IMG/VR virus record: IMGVR_UViG_3300042876_000238
Location: 257 to 64,256 of that record
Origin: a virus
Lineage: Duplodnaviria; Caudoviricetes
Reading direction: 5' to 3' (one strand)
DNA: 64,000 nt
Each line of letters opens with the position of its first letter. The first letter of the stretch is position 1. The position numbers and the translations under genes are program-made. This document shows positions 27,001 through 37,175 of the stretch, one piece after another. The notes beneath the pieces were generated by a model. It had not been told where the DNA came from. It did no database searches and saw only the letters and a program-made list of their open reading frames with translations.

Positions 27001-30000
27001 TCTGCGACACGGTCATGGCAGAGAGGACGCCGGAGTGAGTGGCCTCCTTCGATTGCACGGCGAAGTCGTACGTGCGCCCACGCCACGCTGCGGTGGAGCG
27101 GAAGCGATCGATCAGGTCGTCGGCGACATCGACGCCCGTATAACGCCGGTAGGCAAGCTTGCGCCCTTCCGACAGGTTCTGATACTTCGCGTTTTCGCGA
27201 GCCGTGAACTCGCGTCCGGAGAACGTCTGGTCACGCAGCGAGATTGCGATGTCCAGCAGATTGTCGTACTCCGGCGACATTCCGAGCAGCCGACGTACAA
27301 GCTCGACGACACGCTCCCAGAGCGTGCCGTTGATAGACTGGACCCGCGCCGCTTTCATCTCATCCTGAAGGGACTTGTTCGAGAACACCTCCGCCACGAA
27401 CTCGAATACGTCTTCGTCGCCATACATGAGCGCGTCGCGGTTAGCGACAAACTTCGAGTTGATGCGGTTGTAAGTCATGCGGCGAAGCTGCTGCCACGCG
27501 CCCCGCAACGAAGCATTGTTGAGAAGTTCCGTGGTGCTCGCCGCATGCACTGCCTCGTGCAACACGACATGTATGAACTCGTTCGGATACCGCATGAACG
27601 GCGCGTTCATGTTGAGCGCTATGAACGGCCGACCGCCCGGCTCGTTCGGAGCGAACAACTGTCCGCCGTCAGCGTTGTCCGCAAAGTCCCACGAAGGAAT
27701 GACTTCGAGAGTATTCATGTTAGGCAGGCGCAGAAGTGCCTTCACCGTATTGCGGTACGGGCTGTCAGCGGGCAGGTGCGTATCGAGGATACGTAGCACC
27801 TGTCCGAGCTTCGGCAGCGTAGACTCCTCGAAGCCACCAACGTAGCTCGCCAACCGCTCCATCGCCTCCGAATGTGTGCCGTCGAGTTCAGATGCGACGA
27901 TGGGGGAGACTACCCGCACCTTCAGTCCGCGCTTGCGCGCATCGAGGCGTGCAGCACGAATCCTGTCACGCTCCTCTTTCGGCAACGCACGGAACTGTTC
28001 CGACGTTACGTCGGGGCGAGTTGGGTCGAATGAAGTGAGGGCCTCGACGTTCTGCACGTTCGCGCGGGGGTTGTCGAGCAGCATGCGTGCCTGACGGATC
28101 GTGGCCCGCTCTTCCGCTGGCAGGGCGCGGAACTGCGAAGCCGTAAGATCCTTGCGTGCCTGCTTGATAAGCGCCAGACGCGCAGTACGGATGCGTGCGC
28201 GCTCTTCTTGCGGGAGCACCCTGAACTGCGCCGCAGTGAGATCCGGCCGATGCGGAAGCAGTTCAGGCCGTACGTCCGTTTCCGACTCAGACGGCAGTGC
28301 CGAAGTCCGCCTGAACTCGGCGATGCGCGCAGCGCGCACCTTTGCCTGCATTTCCTTCGACAGGTTGCGAAACTCGGTCGGGGAGACGTTGAGGTACTCC
28401 TGAACGTCCAAGCGTTCGGCGGCCCGGCGGGCTTCCGGCGTCATGTTGGCGCGACGCTTGGCTTCTGCCACACGTGCAGCGCGAATAGCCTCGCGCCGGG
28501 CCTCCGGCAACCTGCGAAACTCGGCTTCTGTGATGTCGGGCCGATACGGCAACAGCGAAGCCGTGGTCGGCGTGACGCTATCAATCACGAGCTTGGTGTC
28601 GGCCTTCGGCTTTCCGAGATCGAGGAATGTATCCCGAAGCTCCTGCTTTGCCTGTCGCGCAGTAATCTCCTTGCGGGCGAGACGCGGCCCAACGCGCCGA
28701 TTGTACGAACGTGCGTCGGACGAAAGCAGATCGCCGATACCGTCCCGCTGCCACACGCCAATCTTGCGCAGGCTGTCGTAGAACTTCTGTTCTGCAAGCG
28801 AGATGTCGGCGTTTACAACCGCCCTGTCGAGCACATCCATCAGCTTGTTGACGGCAGTATCGTATTGCTCCATCTGGCGAGCACGTACTTCCTCGCGCGT
28901 CGGTGCTGGAGGAGCGGGCGGGGGCTCTTCGACGCGTTGCGGGAGTTCGGCCTCTGCCGCACGTTGCTCCTTGATTTCAGGCCGCGTCCAGCCGATGACG
29001 TTACCGTCCTCGTCGATATCAAAGCCGAGCCCCTCCAGCCGACGAAGTAGCGGGGCTTCGATCATATCCATTACGGGCTCCGCGGCTTCCTGTAGCCGCA
29101 TGGACCCGCGGGCAAAGCGACGATCTCCAAAGTCTGCCCACACGTTCGTACGCAGCTTATCGAGCCCACGTGCGACGGTAGCGACCGCTACGTCGCTGAC
29201 TGTCCCGCCCCGCCGCGCAAGCATCATGATCGGCTGAATGTCACGCCGATACACTTCTTGCGCAGCATCCATCCACTGCCGGTACGCATTCTGCAGATCG
29301 TCAAGCGCCTTGACGCTCGCCTCTTGCTGCGGCCCAGTACGCCACTTGACGCCGCGCAGGTAATTCATCTGATCGACAGTCATCTGGCGTAGCAAGTTAC
29401 CGAGCGCGTCGGACTTACCATCTACCCACGCATCGAACGCCTTGAGTAGCTCGTTACGATCGAGCTTAATAGCCGGAGCGTCAGAAAGTATCCTTGGGTC
29501 AGAGCGCACGGCCAACCGCACGTTCTCGCGCGTCTGGGCACGCCCAAGCGCGGCAAGCCTTGCCGCCAGCTTGTCTTCTGGCGCGCTAGACAGGGACGTC
29601 AGTAGGTCTGAGATCTCGTCGGCCATCTTGGCTGCGGCGAGCGTGCGGTTGCCGCTACGCAGGAGCGCGATAGCGAGCTTGTGCATGCTGCGCAGGTAAG
29701 CCCGGCCGTAGGCTGCGTCGTAGTTGTCGGTGACTATGCTATGCATGCGCACCATAAGACGTTCTGCCGCCTGAGTCGCCTTGGAAAGTGCGCGCATCGA
29801 CGCGTTTGCTTTCTCGACGTTAGCCTTGCGTTGCTCTGCGCTGACTTCGCGCTCCTTGGCCGATACGTCTTCGCGGAACAGCGGCGACAAGTCGAGGGTG
29901 CCGCCTTTCGCCCCGCGACGTTCAGACTTGACGGCTTTCGGCGAACGCCCCATCACGCCGGACTCGCGCTGACTCAGCAACGCCTGTGCACGACGGATGA

Positions 30001-33000
30001 TCTTGAGCTTCTCGGAAGGCGTGGTGTAGTCGGCGACGTACTGATCGACCGTACGCCCAGACGCCATACCTTGCGACATGTCTGCGATGGACGGATCGAT
30101 CGAAACATCGGCTTCCTGCAGCGCGTCGGCACGGCGCTCGAAGTCACGGGCACGGGCAGGGCGCAGCCCCGACAGGAAGTTCGCGGCCTTAAGGAACTCC
30201 TGTTCGAGACGTCCGCCTTTGAGGTTGTCGACCTCTTCCGGCGTCATCGGCGTTAGCGTGCCGATTTCAGGCGTCTCGACGCGTGTCACCCGATCGTTGT
30301 AACGCGTGGCACGGCGCGCTTCAGTGCTATCGACCTCGATGGCGGCGCGCGACAGGTCTCCTGCCACGGTCTCGATGGTGTAAGACTGAAGCAGCGCACG
30401 CAGACCTTGCTCGACATCGTCAATATCGGAATCGATATCAGAGATGGCTTTCTCTGCTGCGGCTTTGCGCTCGCGCACGGCGTCGAGCCGCTTCTGATAT
30501 GCAGGAGTGTTCTGCCCGCGCTCGTTGCGCAGGGTCGACGTCTGTGGCGTCTTCAGTAGCTCGCCTTCTTCCTCGAAAGCAGCGTCGAGTTCGTCCTGCT
30601 GATTACGACGTTCGTCCAGCAGCGTGCTCCGCTTCTCGTGGAGAGTGGCGTATCGCTCGTTCGCATCTTCCGAGCGCTGAGTCCGTGCCGCAGCGATCTC
30701 TTCTTTCGTCCGCTTCCGTGTGCGGGACTTAGCCCACTCTCCCTGCTCCCGCCGCTGCGTGATGCGCTGCGCTTCGTAACTTGCTCTCGCCTTGCGAGCT
30801 TCGTCGCGCGCAGCCTTGGCTGTGGCAGTAGCGGCATCACGGGTGCTCTCGCTCGCACGACGCGCAGCCTTCTCCAGCTTCGCCGCACGAGCGCTGAGAC
30901 GCTCCGCCTGCTTCTTGACTCCCCGCAATGCCTTGCGCCGCTCGCGCCACGACTGAAGTTCTTCCTCCGGCGCTTCCACGACGGTGTCCGAAACGTCCGC
31001 ACGCGAAGCGAGGCGAATATCTCTCGGTGCGGGAATGCCGCTGCTTCCGGCACGCATCCGCCGTTCTGCCTCTGCCTGCAGCGCGGCATCGGTGAGGCGC
31101 TGGGCCGCGACACGCTGATTGCCCTCAGTGAAGTTGGCCGTGGCGACCTTCTTGGCCTGTTCGGCAACCTGCGGGTCGCCGACGCGCTCAAGGGCTTTCG
31201 ACACCCTCTTGGTCGTGCGACCAACGTCACGCTCTTCGCCCAGTGCTTCGTCTTCGGCGGCGACGATGCGCGCACGCCGGGAAAGCGCAGCACGCGGATC
31301 GAGGATCACCGTCTCGCGCGCCGGATCTTCGCGATCCCACTGCGCAGCGAGGGCGTCAGCTTCTGCCTCGTCGCGAACCAGCGATTCGCGCGTGACACTG
31401 CCAGTCGCCGGATCACGCTGCTGGACGACGACGCGCCCGTCAGCAGGCTTGCCCGAACCCGCGCCCGTAGCGAGCCCGAGGATCTCCTGCATCGGTACGC
31501 CCTGCTTGCGCATCGCCAGCAGTTCGTCAGCGACCTTGCGGTTCTTCGCGATCAGCGTGCCGCCACGGAGATCGAAATTCATCAGTGGTACGCCGTTGCG
31601 GCGCACACGCTCCAGAACGCCCCGCTGCCGCAAGCTGGCTACGTTGTCCCGAGACAGGTAGAGACCAAGCCGCGGGCTGTCAGGGTCAGCCAGATCGATG
31701 CTCTGAGTGAGGATGTCCTGCAGTGGCTCCGCTGTCGGCTGGTCAGGTGCCTGACGCTCCCGTCCCGCGAGTACGGAGACCGGCTCGACCGTCCACAACG
31801 TGTCGTCGCTCGTCAGTTCTCCCTGCTCGTTGAGGGAGTACTCGTCCACGAGCGCCTGTCCCTCTTCACGGCTCGCAACGTCCTGCGTGAAGCGGACCGT
31901 CCCGTCCGGGGCGCGACCGGTGACGGTGAAGCCGAGTAGCTGACGCCCCGACGGCACGGACGGACCGGCGGGGGGTTCGCCGGGGCCGCCGTCCGCCGGG
32001 GCGTCGAACATGTCGATCTGGTTCTCGTCCCTGACCGTGCCACCGTAGGCAGGCATCAGGAGCGGGTTGGCGATGTCACTGCCCTCGCGCGTGCGCTGCT
32101 GCGCCGCCCGGATGACATCGGCGCGCGTCGGCCGCCGCCCGGCCGGGTCGGTGTTGACCGGCAGGCGCTCGTTGGAGAACTCCGGCGGCACGCTCTGGTC
32201 GGCCATCGGGTCCTGTGCTGCCACGCCGGGCGTGGGAGTGATAATGGGTGCGCCCATCCCCCGCTCGCGCGGGCCGCGGAGCCCGAGCGACTGCTGGATC
32301 GGCTCCGCCGGGACGAGCGCGGTCGACGGCGGCGTCGGCGGCTCCCCGTACGTGTACTGAAACTGGTTCTGGCGTAGCGCGAACCCGGCCGGGTCCGTGC
32401 CGCCGAACGCCATCGGCTCTTCCGTCGTGAAGTCCCGTTGGATGAGGCCGCGGTCCATCTCCCCGCCGCGACGGTTGGCGTACGCCACCGCATCGACCAA
32501 GGCAGGGTTGTTTCCGCCGCCGACCCGCGCCATAGCTACGTCGCGAGGCGGGTCTGGCGCGAGGATGTCGGGCTGCCCCGGCGGCGGGCCGAACATCTCG
32601 CCCTGCCCGTAAGACATCGTCGGCTGGGCGGCAAGGTCTGCCTCCTGCAGCGACTGGAGGTCGGAGTTCTTGATCGCCGCAGCGACCGCCGGGTCCACGA
32701 ACTGCTCCGTGGGGGTCGTCTGGGGGACAGGAGGCGCAGGTTCGCGCCGCTGCCGCTGCCCAAGGGCCGCAGAGAAGCCGCCGCCCATGAGGCCACCAAT
32801 GACGCCACCCTCGACCGTCGCCTCGCCTACGCCTTCGTAGGGGCTCCTGTCGGTGTCGTAGATCTGGGCGGCGATGTTCTGTGCCGCCTGCTCCGCCGCG
32901 CTCTGGGCGGCCTCCTGTGGGGCTTCTGCGGCGAAGCCCGTGAGCGCCCGGCGGCTGAGGGACATCCCGCCCTCCCGGACGAACACCGGTTCGAGGTAGC

Positions 33001-33844
33001 GGCCCGCGACGGCCGAGATCGCGCCGACGGTCGCGCCGCCGATCAGCGGGGCCGCGCCCTGAGCCTCTTGGATCAGACGCTGTCTCGCTTCACCTGCTGG
33101 GAGACCTTCCCGGAGCATCTGCTGGTAACGGGGAGACTCAGTCTGGAGTTCCTCCTCCGTCATCCCCTCGATCTCCTGCGCCACGCCGTTGGCGATGCCG
33201 CCCATCGAGAGTGCGCCTTCGGAGGCTCCGAGGTAGGTGATTGCCCCCGGCGTCATGCCTGCCTTGAACAGGCGCGCCGCAGGGAGAAGCGTGACGAGCG
33301 TGGAGGGAAGCGCCCGGCCGAGCTTGTAGCCCACGGCGGAGAGGAACTCGCCCGGTCCCCCCTGCCAGATGCGCTGCTCAGGGTCGAGCGTCAGCCACTG
33401 CCGGGCAAGGCGCTCCTGCGCCTCCGGACTCATGCTGGCAGTGATGTCTTCGGCGACCCCCGAGAGGCCGCGCCGCCCGGCCGCGAGCCGGTCGGTGACG
33501 AACGAGTTGTTCTCGTCTCCCAGCAACTGCCGGGAGCCGTATTCGAGCGCGCCGGTCGCCATCGCGCCGGTCTCGGCGAGCGCCGCGCCGATGTTCTTGA
33601 TCGAGTCGCCCCACTTGGTCTCCCCCGTCGCCTTGGGAGCGACGGGCGTACCCATCAGCGCGTCGAGGTCGGCCTCGAACTGGTTCAGGTCGAACCCGGC
33701 ACCGCCGTCGGTGGGGAGTGCACGGCGCGTCGCGGCACCCAGTGAACTGCCGAACGACTGCGTACCCAAGGCGCGCGGCTTGTTCGGGTCGATCTCCGAG
33801 AGGCGTGGATCGCCGTACGGGAACAACTCGTTGTAGGTAGCCAA
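24083..33844 (-). CDS. Giant (3253 aa) internal virion / large polyvalent protein
   Basis: TTG start with GGAG RBS; zincin HEAVH...EFVAE; YFPVQRFG (PLxRFG-like); helical C-terminus; last of three ejection-type genes. Confidence 0.85.
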   Translation of the reverse strand: MATYNELFPYGDPRLSEIDPNKPRALGTQSFGSSLGAATRRALPTDGGAGFDLNQFEADLDALMGTPVAPKATGETKWGDSIKNIGAALAETGAMATGALEYGSRQLLGDENNSFVTDRLAAGRRGLSGVAEDITASMSPEAQERLARQWLTLDPEQRIWQGGPGEFLSAVGYKLGRALPSTLVTLLPAARLFKAGMTPGAITYLGASEGALSMGGIANGVAQEIEGMTEEELQTESPRYQQMLREGLPAGEARQRLIQEAQGAAPLIGGATVGAISAVAGRYLEPVFVREGGMSLSRRALTGFAAEAPQEAAQSAAEQAAQNIAAQIYDTDRSPYEGVGEATVEGGVIGGLMGGGFSAALGQRQRREPAPPVPQTTPTEQFVDPAVAAAIKNSDLQSLQEADLAAQPTMSYGQGEMFGPPPGQPDILAPDPPRDVAMARVGGGNNPALVDAVAYANRRGGEMDRGLIQRDFTTEEPMAFGGTDPAGFALRQNQFQYTYGEPPTPPSTALVPAEPIQQSLGLRGPRERGMGAPIITPTPGVAAQDPMADQSVPPEFSNERLPVNTDPAGRRPTRADVIRAAQQRTREGSDIANPLLMPAYGGTVRDENQIDMFDAPADGGPGEPPAGPSVPSGRQLLGFTVTGRAPDGTVRFTQDVASREEGQALVDEYSLNEQGELTSDDTLWTVEPVSVLAGRERQAPDQPTAEPLQDILTQSIDLADPDSPRLGLYLSRDNVASLRQRGVLERVRRNGVPLMNFDLRGGTLIAKNRKVADELLAMRKQGVPMQEILGLATGAGSGKPADGRVVVQQRDPATGSVTRESLVRDEAEADALAAQWDREDPARETVILDPRAALSRRARIVAAEDEALGEERDVGRTTKRVSKALERVGDPQVAEQAKKVATANFTEGNQRVAAQRLTDAALQAEAERRMRAGSSGIPAPRDIRLASRADVSDTVVEAPEEELQSWRERRKALRGVKKQAERLSARAAKLEKAARRASESTRDAATATAKAARDEARKARASYEAQRITQRREQGEWAKSRTRKRTKEEIAAARTQRSEDANERYATLHEKRSTLLDERRNQQDELDAAFEEEGELLKTPQTSTLRNERGQNTPAYQKRLDAVRERKAAAEKAISDIDSDIDDVEQGLRALLQSYTIETVAGDLSRAAIEVDSTEARRATRYNDRVTRVETPEIGTLTPMTPEEVDNLKGGRLEQEFLKAANFLSGLRPARARDFERRADALQEADVSIDPSIADMSQGMASGRTVDQYVADYTTPSEKLKIIRRAQALLSQRESGVMGRSPKAVKSERRGAKGGTLDLSPLFREDVSAKEREVSAEQRKANVEKANASMRALSKATQAAERLMVRMHSIVTDNYDAAYGRAYLRSMHKLAIALLRSGNRTLAAAKMADEISDLLTSLSSAPEDKLAARLAALGRAQTRENVRLAVRSDPRILSDAPAIKLDRNELLKAFDAWVDGKSDALGNLLRQMTVDQMNYLRGVKWRTGPQQEASVKALDDLQNAYRQWMDAAQEVYRRDIQPIMMLARRGGTVSDVAVATVARGLDKLRTNVWADFGDRRFARGSMRLQEAAEPVMDMIEAPLLRRLEGLGFDIDEDGNVIGWTRPEIKEQRAAEAELPQRVEEPPPAPPAPTREEVRARQMEQYDTAVNKLMDVLDRAVVNADISLAEQKFYDSLRKIGVWQRDGIGDLLSSDARSYNRRVGPRLARKEITARQAKQELRDTFLDLGKPKADTKLVIDSVTPTTASLLPYRPDITEAEFRRLPEARREAIRAARVAEAKRRANMTPEARRAAERLDVQEYLNVSPTEFRNLSKEMQAKVRAARIAEFRRTSALPSESETDVRPELLPHRPDLTAAQFRVLPQEERARIRTARLALIKQARKDLTASQFRALPAEERATIRQARMLLDNPRANVQNVEALTSFDPTRPDVTSEQFRALPKEERDRIRAARLDARKRGLKVRVVSPIVASELDGTHSEAMERLASYVGGFEESTLPKLGQVLRILDTHLPADSPYRNTVKALLRLPNMNTLEVIPSWDFADNADGGQLFAPNEPGGRPFIALNMNAPFMRYPNEFIHVVLHEAVHAASTTELLNNASLRGAWQQLRRMTYNRINSKFVANRDALMYGDEDVFEFVAEVFSNKSLQDEMKAARVQSINGTLWERVVELVRRLLGMSPEYDNLLDIAISLRDQTFSGREFTARENAKYQNLSEGRKLAYRRYTGVDVADDLIDRFRSTAAWRGRTYDFAVQSKEATHSGVLSAMTVSQIEDSFKKLFETETGNPLSNWYRAFAARNADNSANMEEVDRRSRVWSTLKEKDRDNEANTSRIMTQATVHGVHPDVPLSHANNEHIKTDGKRAKHAELSRAYAALPQEWKDHYQAVKKYYAETHEKQQALAVLNALRAYLTIGKNAPMKLAEFEAKYNEDNVLKKGLNTKKGLEKEFASLIEEGALTQNAVASMARLGALRTMSDGPYFPVQRFGKYAVYAEKLRETKTFGTTKELNAYREALLSDDPTLQFKRGSDNLSLEVWEVEFRMAETPSEAQRAYDEMVALYGKFDPATEQGARPVNIKRDAFTDGAAIAGTRGLRSILDRLEGNAAAQAAIKNFYLASLADTSFRKREARRKNTRGFPETEQHRTFASYSKAAAYYMSQLRYGWKMADARADIKNLAEQRGVRAGQVAREIKLRDDMSIDPEEMSPGVMKANEITQFMLLTSVSYWAINLTQPWMVTLPYLGAKYGQANAAKALSRAQSLIFKPIKDEAKASWLGLKALGSKAAAENAFSVLDDVKDTIRRNGGARSNDYLDMLTKLQRQSIIDLSLVAELRQIADGSNVNTKWQRTLDASRIMSHLTEVNNRILTAVAAYDLALDRGLTHEQAIKEAEGAVERTQFNYSGANAPRLFQQGGPLGKAGPLLFQFMKYPQHMYALMIRQVFRALRNPTERREALKILGGISATHLAVGGILGWTLQPFKWALGMIIAGLDDEDDRAQDVISGAKYDRSVREFAYNALGDDLGRAVSKGPVGAMLGVDLSTRMSLGTLYFLDLNAENTESLLGSLVASFGGPALNIGMTALNAPKYLAEGDVSKAVEAITPKFVKDVFKAARMADEGITGRDGTVYVSPDKITFGDTVRQGLGFGTMRASESFAKGEAIRVREDVQKAKRAKLMRRFVNADSDAERAEALEAIREFSKSATNPVTRSDILKYMRRRYDRNARIAEFGADLRGRNVLLAEEGDPYEYDE

Positions 33845-33847
33845 GAG

Positions 33848-35668
33848 TTACTCCTGAGCGTCGTTACCCAGCACGCGCTTCATCACATGTTCGATGATCA
33901 GGTTGTCCGGAGCACTGGGGTACTGCAGCTTCATCTGGCTCATGATCGACGCGAGCCGATCGGCTTCCGCTTCGTTGGTCATGCCCATCATCATGAGCCG
34001 GTCGCGAAACACCTTCTCCGAGTTGCGGAACCCAGCGCCGCCGCTGCCACCGCCACCACCGGCCGCGCCAAGGGTCGCGCCGGTCTGCGCGTCCAGCATG
34101 CGCGCCTGCGATCCGAGCATGTTGGCAGAGGCATTGGTGAGCATCGCGGAGCCCTGCGCTTCGGAGAGCGGCTTCTCCATCTCCAGATACTTCTTCAGCG
34201 TCAACTGGAAGTCGCGCTGGTCCTTGGCGTACTCGTTCCACGCGCCGGGCTTGTTCGCCTGATCGACGAGCGAGAGGATCGACTCCGGCGTGATCGCGAT
34301 CGGCTGGCCCGTGGGCTTGCCGGTCTCCTCGTCGATCGTGATGCCGTAGATCTGGCCGTTGTAGGTGCCGAGCTTCACATCGTCACCGGACGGGAACATC
34401 TGGTAGGCGGCCTTGATCGCCGCCATCGCGCCCTTCTCGTTGCCAGCACGCATGAGCGACGCAGCCTGCATCGCGAAGTGGTTGAAGCCCTGCTGCTGCA
34501 TGCGGACCACCTGCGAGTCCACCTGCTCCGCCGCCTGCGCGAGCGGCATGCCGCGGGCCACGAGGCCGTCGAGCGCCTTCTCGCGGAAGTCGCTCCAGTC
34601 ACGCGTGCGGAAGTCCGGGATGGACTCAGGGCCAACGTCCGAGACGTTGATCTTGGTGATGTCCATCATGTCCTGCGGAGCCGGGGCTGCAGATGCCGTC
34701 GCGCCGGTCGCCGAGCGAGCGACACGCGTACCGGCCGAAGGCTTCGCCGCCGGTGCAGGTGTCGGCGCAGGTGTCGGCGTCGGAGCGGCGGCCGGTGCCG
34801 CCGGGGCAGGCGCACTGGCGTTCTGCTTGTCGCGGAAGAACCGCCCAGCCTGCCCGAACGTCAGGACGTTACCGAGGTCAGACGCCGCCCCCAGTGCGCG
34901 CAGCAGGAACTGCGACTGCAGACGCGGATCGACGTCATCTCCCGGAGCGAAACGCTCCTGATAATCTTCCGTCGGCGTCGAGGCAACGGTAGCCGCCGTC
35001 GCGGCGAGTGCGCCCAACGTGCCGAGCTTGCCAGCCTTCGACGATGCCCCACGGTCGATCGCACGGCGCGCATTGTGCGTGCTGCTGGGGCCGCCGACGC
35101 GCCCCTTGCCCTGCGTGTCGACGTTGCCGAGTGAATTGGCGGTCGCACCGCGCACGGGCTTCTTCACGTTCTCGGTGGCGTTGTCGACGCGGCGACTGCC
35201 CTTCGTGCCTTCGCGCTCCTGTGCCGCGCGCTCCAGCACTTCTTCGTCGTAGGTCCGGCCGTCGGCGAACCCGAGCGCCGAGCGGCGCGGCCTGCCGCCG
35301 TCGGCATATATCTCCTCTTCGGGCAGTGACGGAGCCGGGCCGTCATAGATCTGCTCCGGCGTCATGCCGTCAAACGTCGGGTCCTCCATCGCAAGCGCGA
35401 CGCGGCCTGCGGGAGGACGCGACATCTTGCCCGCGCCCCAGCCCTTCGCGAAGCTGAAGAACTTGTCCATCCACGGATTCTTCAGCCCCCACGATGACGG
35501 CGTGAGCCCACGCTCCTCCATCTCCAGCCGGTGTGCACCTTCGGCGTCTTTGCCGCTGCGGATGAGGATGTCGCGGATCTCCTCGTCCTGACGATTTGCG
35601 CGCCAGCGCTGCGTCGCATCCATGCCCCGCATGAAGCTGTTGAATGCACCACCCTGTTCGTACGACAT
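33848..35668 (-). CDS. Internal virion (ejection) protein
   Basis: AAGGAG RBS; Ala/Gln-rich; position. Confidence 0.7.
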   Translation of the reverse strand: MSYEQGGAFNSFMRGMDATQRWRANRQDEEIRDILIRSGKDAEGAHRLEMEERGLTPSSWGLKNPWMDKFFSFAKGWGAGKMSRPPAGRVALAMEDPTFDGMTPEQIYDGPAPSLPEEEIYADGGRPRRSALGFADGRTYDEEVLERAAQEREGTKGSRRVDNATENVKKPVRGATANSLGNVDTQGKGRVGGPSSTHNARRAIDRGASSKAGKLGTLGALAATAATVASTPTEDYQERFAPGDDVDPRLQSQFLLRALGAASDLGNVLTFGQAGRFFRDKQNASAPAPAAPAAAPTPTPAPTPAPAAKPSAGTRVARSATGATASAAPAPQDMMDITKINVSDVGPESIPDFRTRDWSDFREKALDGLVARGMPLAQAAEQVDSQVVRMQQQGFNHFAMQAASLMRAGNEKGAMAAIKAAYQMFPSGDDVKLGTYNGQIYGITIDEETGKPTGQPIAITPESILSLVDQANKPGAWNEYAKDQRDFQLTLKKYLEMEKPLSEAQGSAMLTNASANMLGSQARMLDAQTGATLGAAGGGGGSGGAGFRNSEKVFRDRLMMMGMTNEAEADRLASIMSQMKLQYPSAPDNLIIEHVMKRVLGNDAQE

Positions 35669-35677
35669 GTTCGCTCC

Positions 35678-36760
35678 TTACGCCGGAAGTGCGCGGCGCA
35701 TCTCAGCGCGCTGCTGGGTAGCCGGGGTGTGGTACTTCTCGACGAGCTTGTCGAAGAACTCGACGCCCTTCTTGCGTACGACGTCGGCCGGGATGATGTA
35801 CTCCTCCGTCGACACGCGCGCTTCGTCGTGCACTTCGCCCGTCTTCGGGTTGATGATCTGCATCGGCACCTGATCGTCGATGCCGGAGCCGTCGCCCGGA
35901 CCGTCGGCGATGTAGCCCGGCGTCGGCAGTGCGCGGCGTGCACGGCCACCATCGGCGAGCCCGGCGACCATGCCGACGCCGCCCATGATGTTGCTCCACA
36001 TGTTCGCGCTGTTCTGGTTCGCCATCTGCTGCGAAGCCATCTGGTTCTGGAACCCCTGCGATGTGATGTTGGCCGCGCCGCCGTAGCCCGCCTGTGCCAT
36101 CTGCCCCCACTGCCCCGGACTGCCTGCGAGCCCGCCCGAGGTCGCCGAGGTCTGGTTCGCACCACCCACGCCCGAGTTGCCTGCGGCCACCGCCTGTCCG
36201 TAGGAGGAGGCGACGTTGGAGAGCGAGCCGCGACCCAAGTTGACCGCGTCGGCACGCAGGGCGCGAGCCTTGTCCTCGACGTTGCGCGTGGCGTTGGTCA
36301 TCGCGCCTGCGGTCGCTGCCGCCTGCTGCGAACGCACGCCGATGTCGAGCGCGGCATTGCGGGTCTGCGAGGGGTCGACGCCGTAGCTCTCCAGTCGCTG
36401 CAGCGCGTTGCGCCGGGCGGCGTCGAACGACGTCGTCATGTCGGCTGCCGCACGACCGCGCTCCATCGCGCGACGCTCCGGCGAGTCGAACGACTGGAAG
36501 TCGGCGATCAGGTCATCTTCGAGCGGACGGAAGACGTTCTCGTAACGAGAGCGATCTTCCCGCGCGTTCGCAGCCTGCTCTTCCATTGCTGGAAGCTGGA
36601 TGCCGAGTACGCGATCGAGGATCGCGCGGTTCTTGACGTCCTGCTCGCGAGCCCATGCAAGCTGCTCTTGCGAGATGCGCTCCGCGGACTCGCCGCTCGC
36701 CATCATCGCGTCGGCGTACGGTCGCATGTTGGGAGCCTTGACTGTGCCTTTACCGCCCAT
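35678..36760 (-). CDS. Internal virion (pilot/ejection) protein
   Basis: MGGKG start; G/A/Q/N-rich; C-terminal ADGG...GPG.G..D...S..EYIIPADVV. Confidence 0.75.
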   Translation of the reverse strand: MGGKGTVKAPNMRPYADAMMASGESAERISQEQLAWAREQDVKNRAILDRVLGIQLPAMEEQAANAREDRSRYENVFRPLEDDLIADFQSFDSPERRAMERGRAAADMTTSFDAARRNALQRLESYGVDPSQTRNAALDIGVRSQQAAATAGAMTNATRNVEDKARALRADAVNLGRGSLSNVASSYGQAVAAGNSGVGGANQTSATSGGLAGSPGQWGQMAQAGYGGAANITSQGFQNQMASQQMANQNSANMWSNIMGGVGMVAGLADGGRARRALPTPGYIADGPGDGSGIDDQVPMQIINPKTGEVHDEARVSTEEYIIPADVVRKKGVEFFDKLVEKYHTPATQQRAEMRRALPA

Positions 36761-37175
36761 GTGCGTAGCCCTTTATCCAGCGACAATCGTCGCGATGCAT
36801 GGTGAGGATGTGGATGCCGCCGTCCGGATGTGCTTCCGGCAGGTGGAGGCGATCCTTGAAGCCGAGCTTGCGATCGATCCTGAGTGCGATCTCGTTATCG
36901 CCCGTGACGCGGCCGATGACCATCAGCAAGCCAAGCTGTACGAACGGGTAGTAGAACGCGCGGTAGATGAACTCGCGCGTCATCCAGCCCGGATCGCCCG
37001 CCATGTGCATCTCGCACGAGGTGGGCGTGAAGCCGCAGTATCCGACGACACCAACCAGATCGTTACCAATCACGCGCCCGAGGGCGCAGAAGTCCGTGCT
37101 CCACGGAAGCTGTACTCGCTTGGCGAGCCACTCGTAGAGCACCATCACGGGCTCATTTACGAAAAAGGTGTTCAT
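36750..37175 (-). CDS. GNAT-fold acetyltransferase-like virion-module protein
   Basis: F.YPF.QLG...N..AL....KLGF; start may be 37145. Confidence 0.8.
   Translation of the reverse strand: MNTFFVNEPVMVLYEWLAKRVQLPWSTDFCALGRVIGNDLVGVVGYCGFTPTSCEMHMAGDPGWMTREFIYRAFYYPFVQLGLLMVIGRVTGDNEIALRIDRKLGFKDRLHLPEAHPDGGIHILTMHRDDCRWIKGYAHGR

Noticed and set aside
24083-33844. Giant protein as N4- or crAss-like virion RNA polymerase
   Set aside because: No T7-type motifs seen; GFDIDED lacks the first Asp of a DxDxD catalytic loop in proper context; polyvalent-protein motifs fit better.
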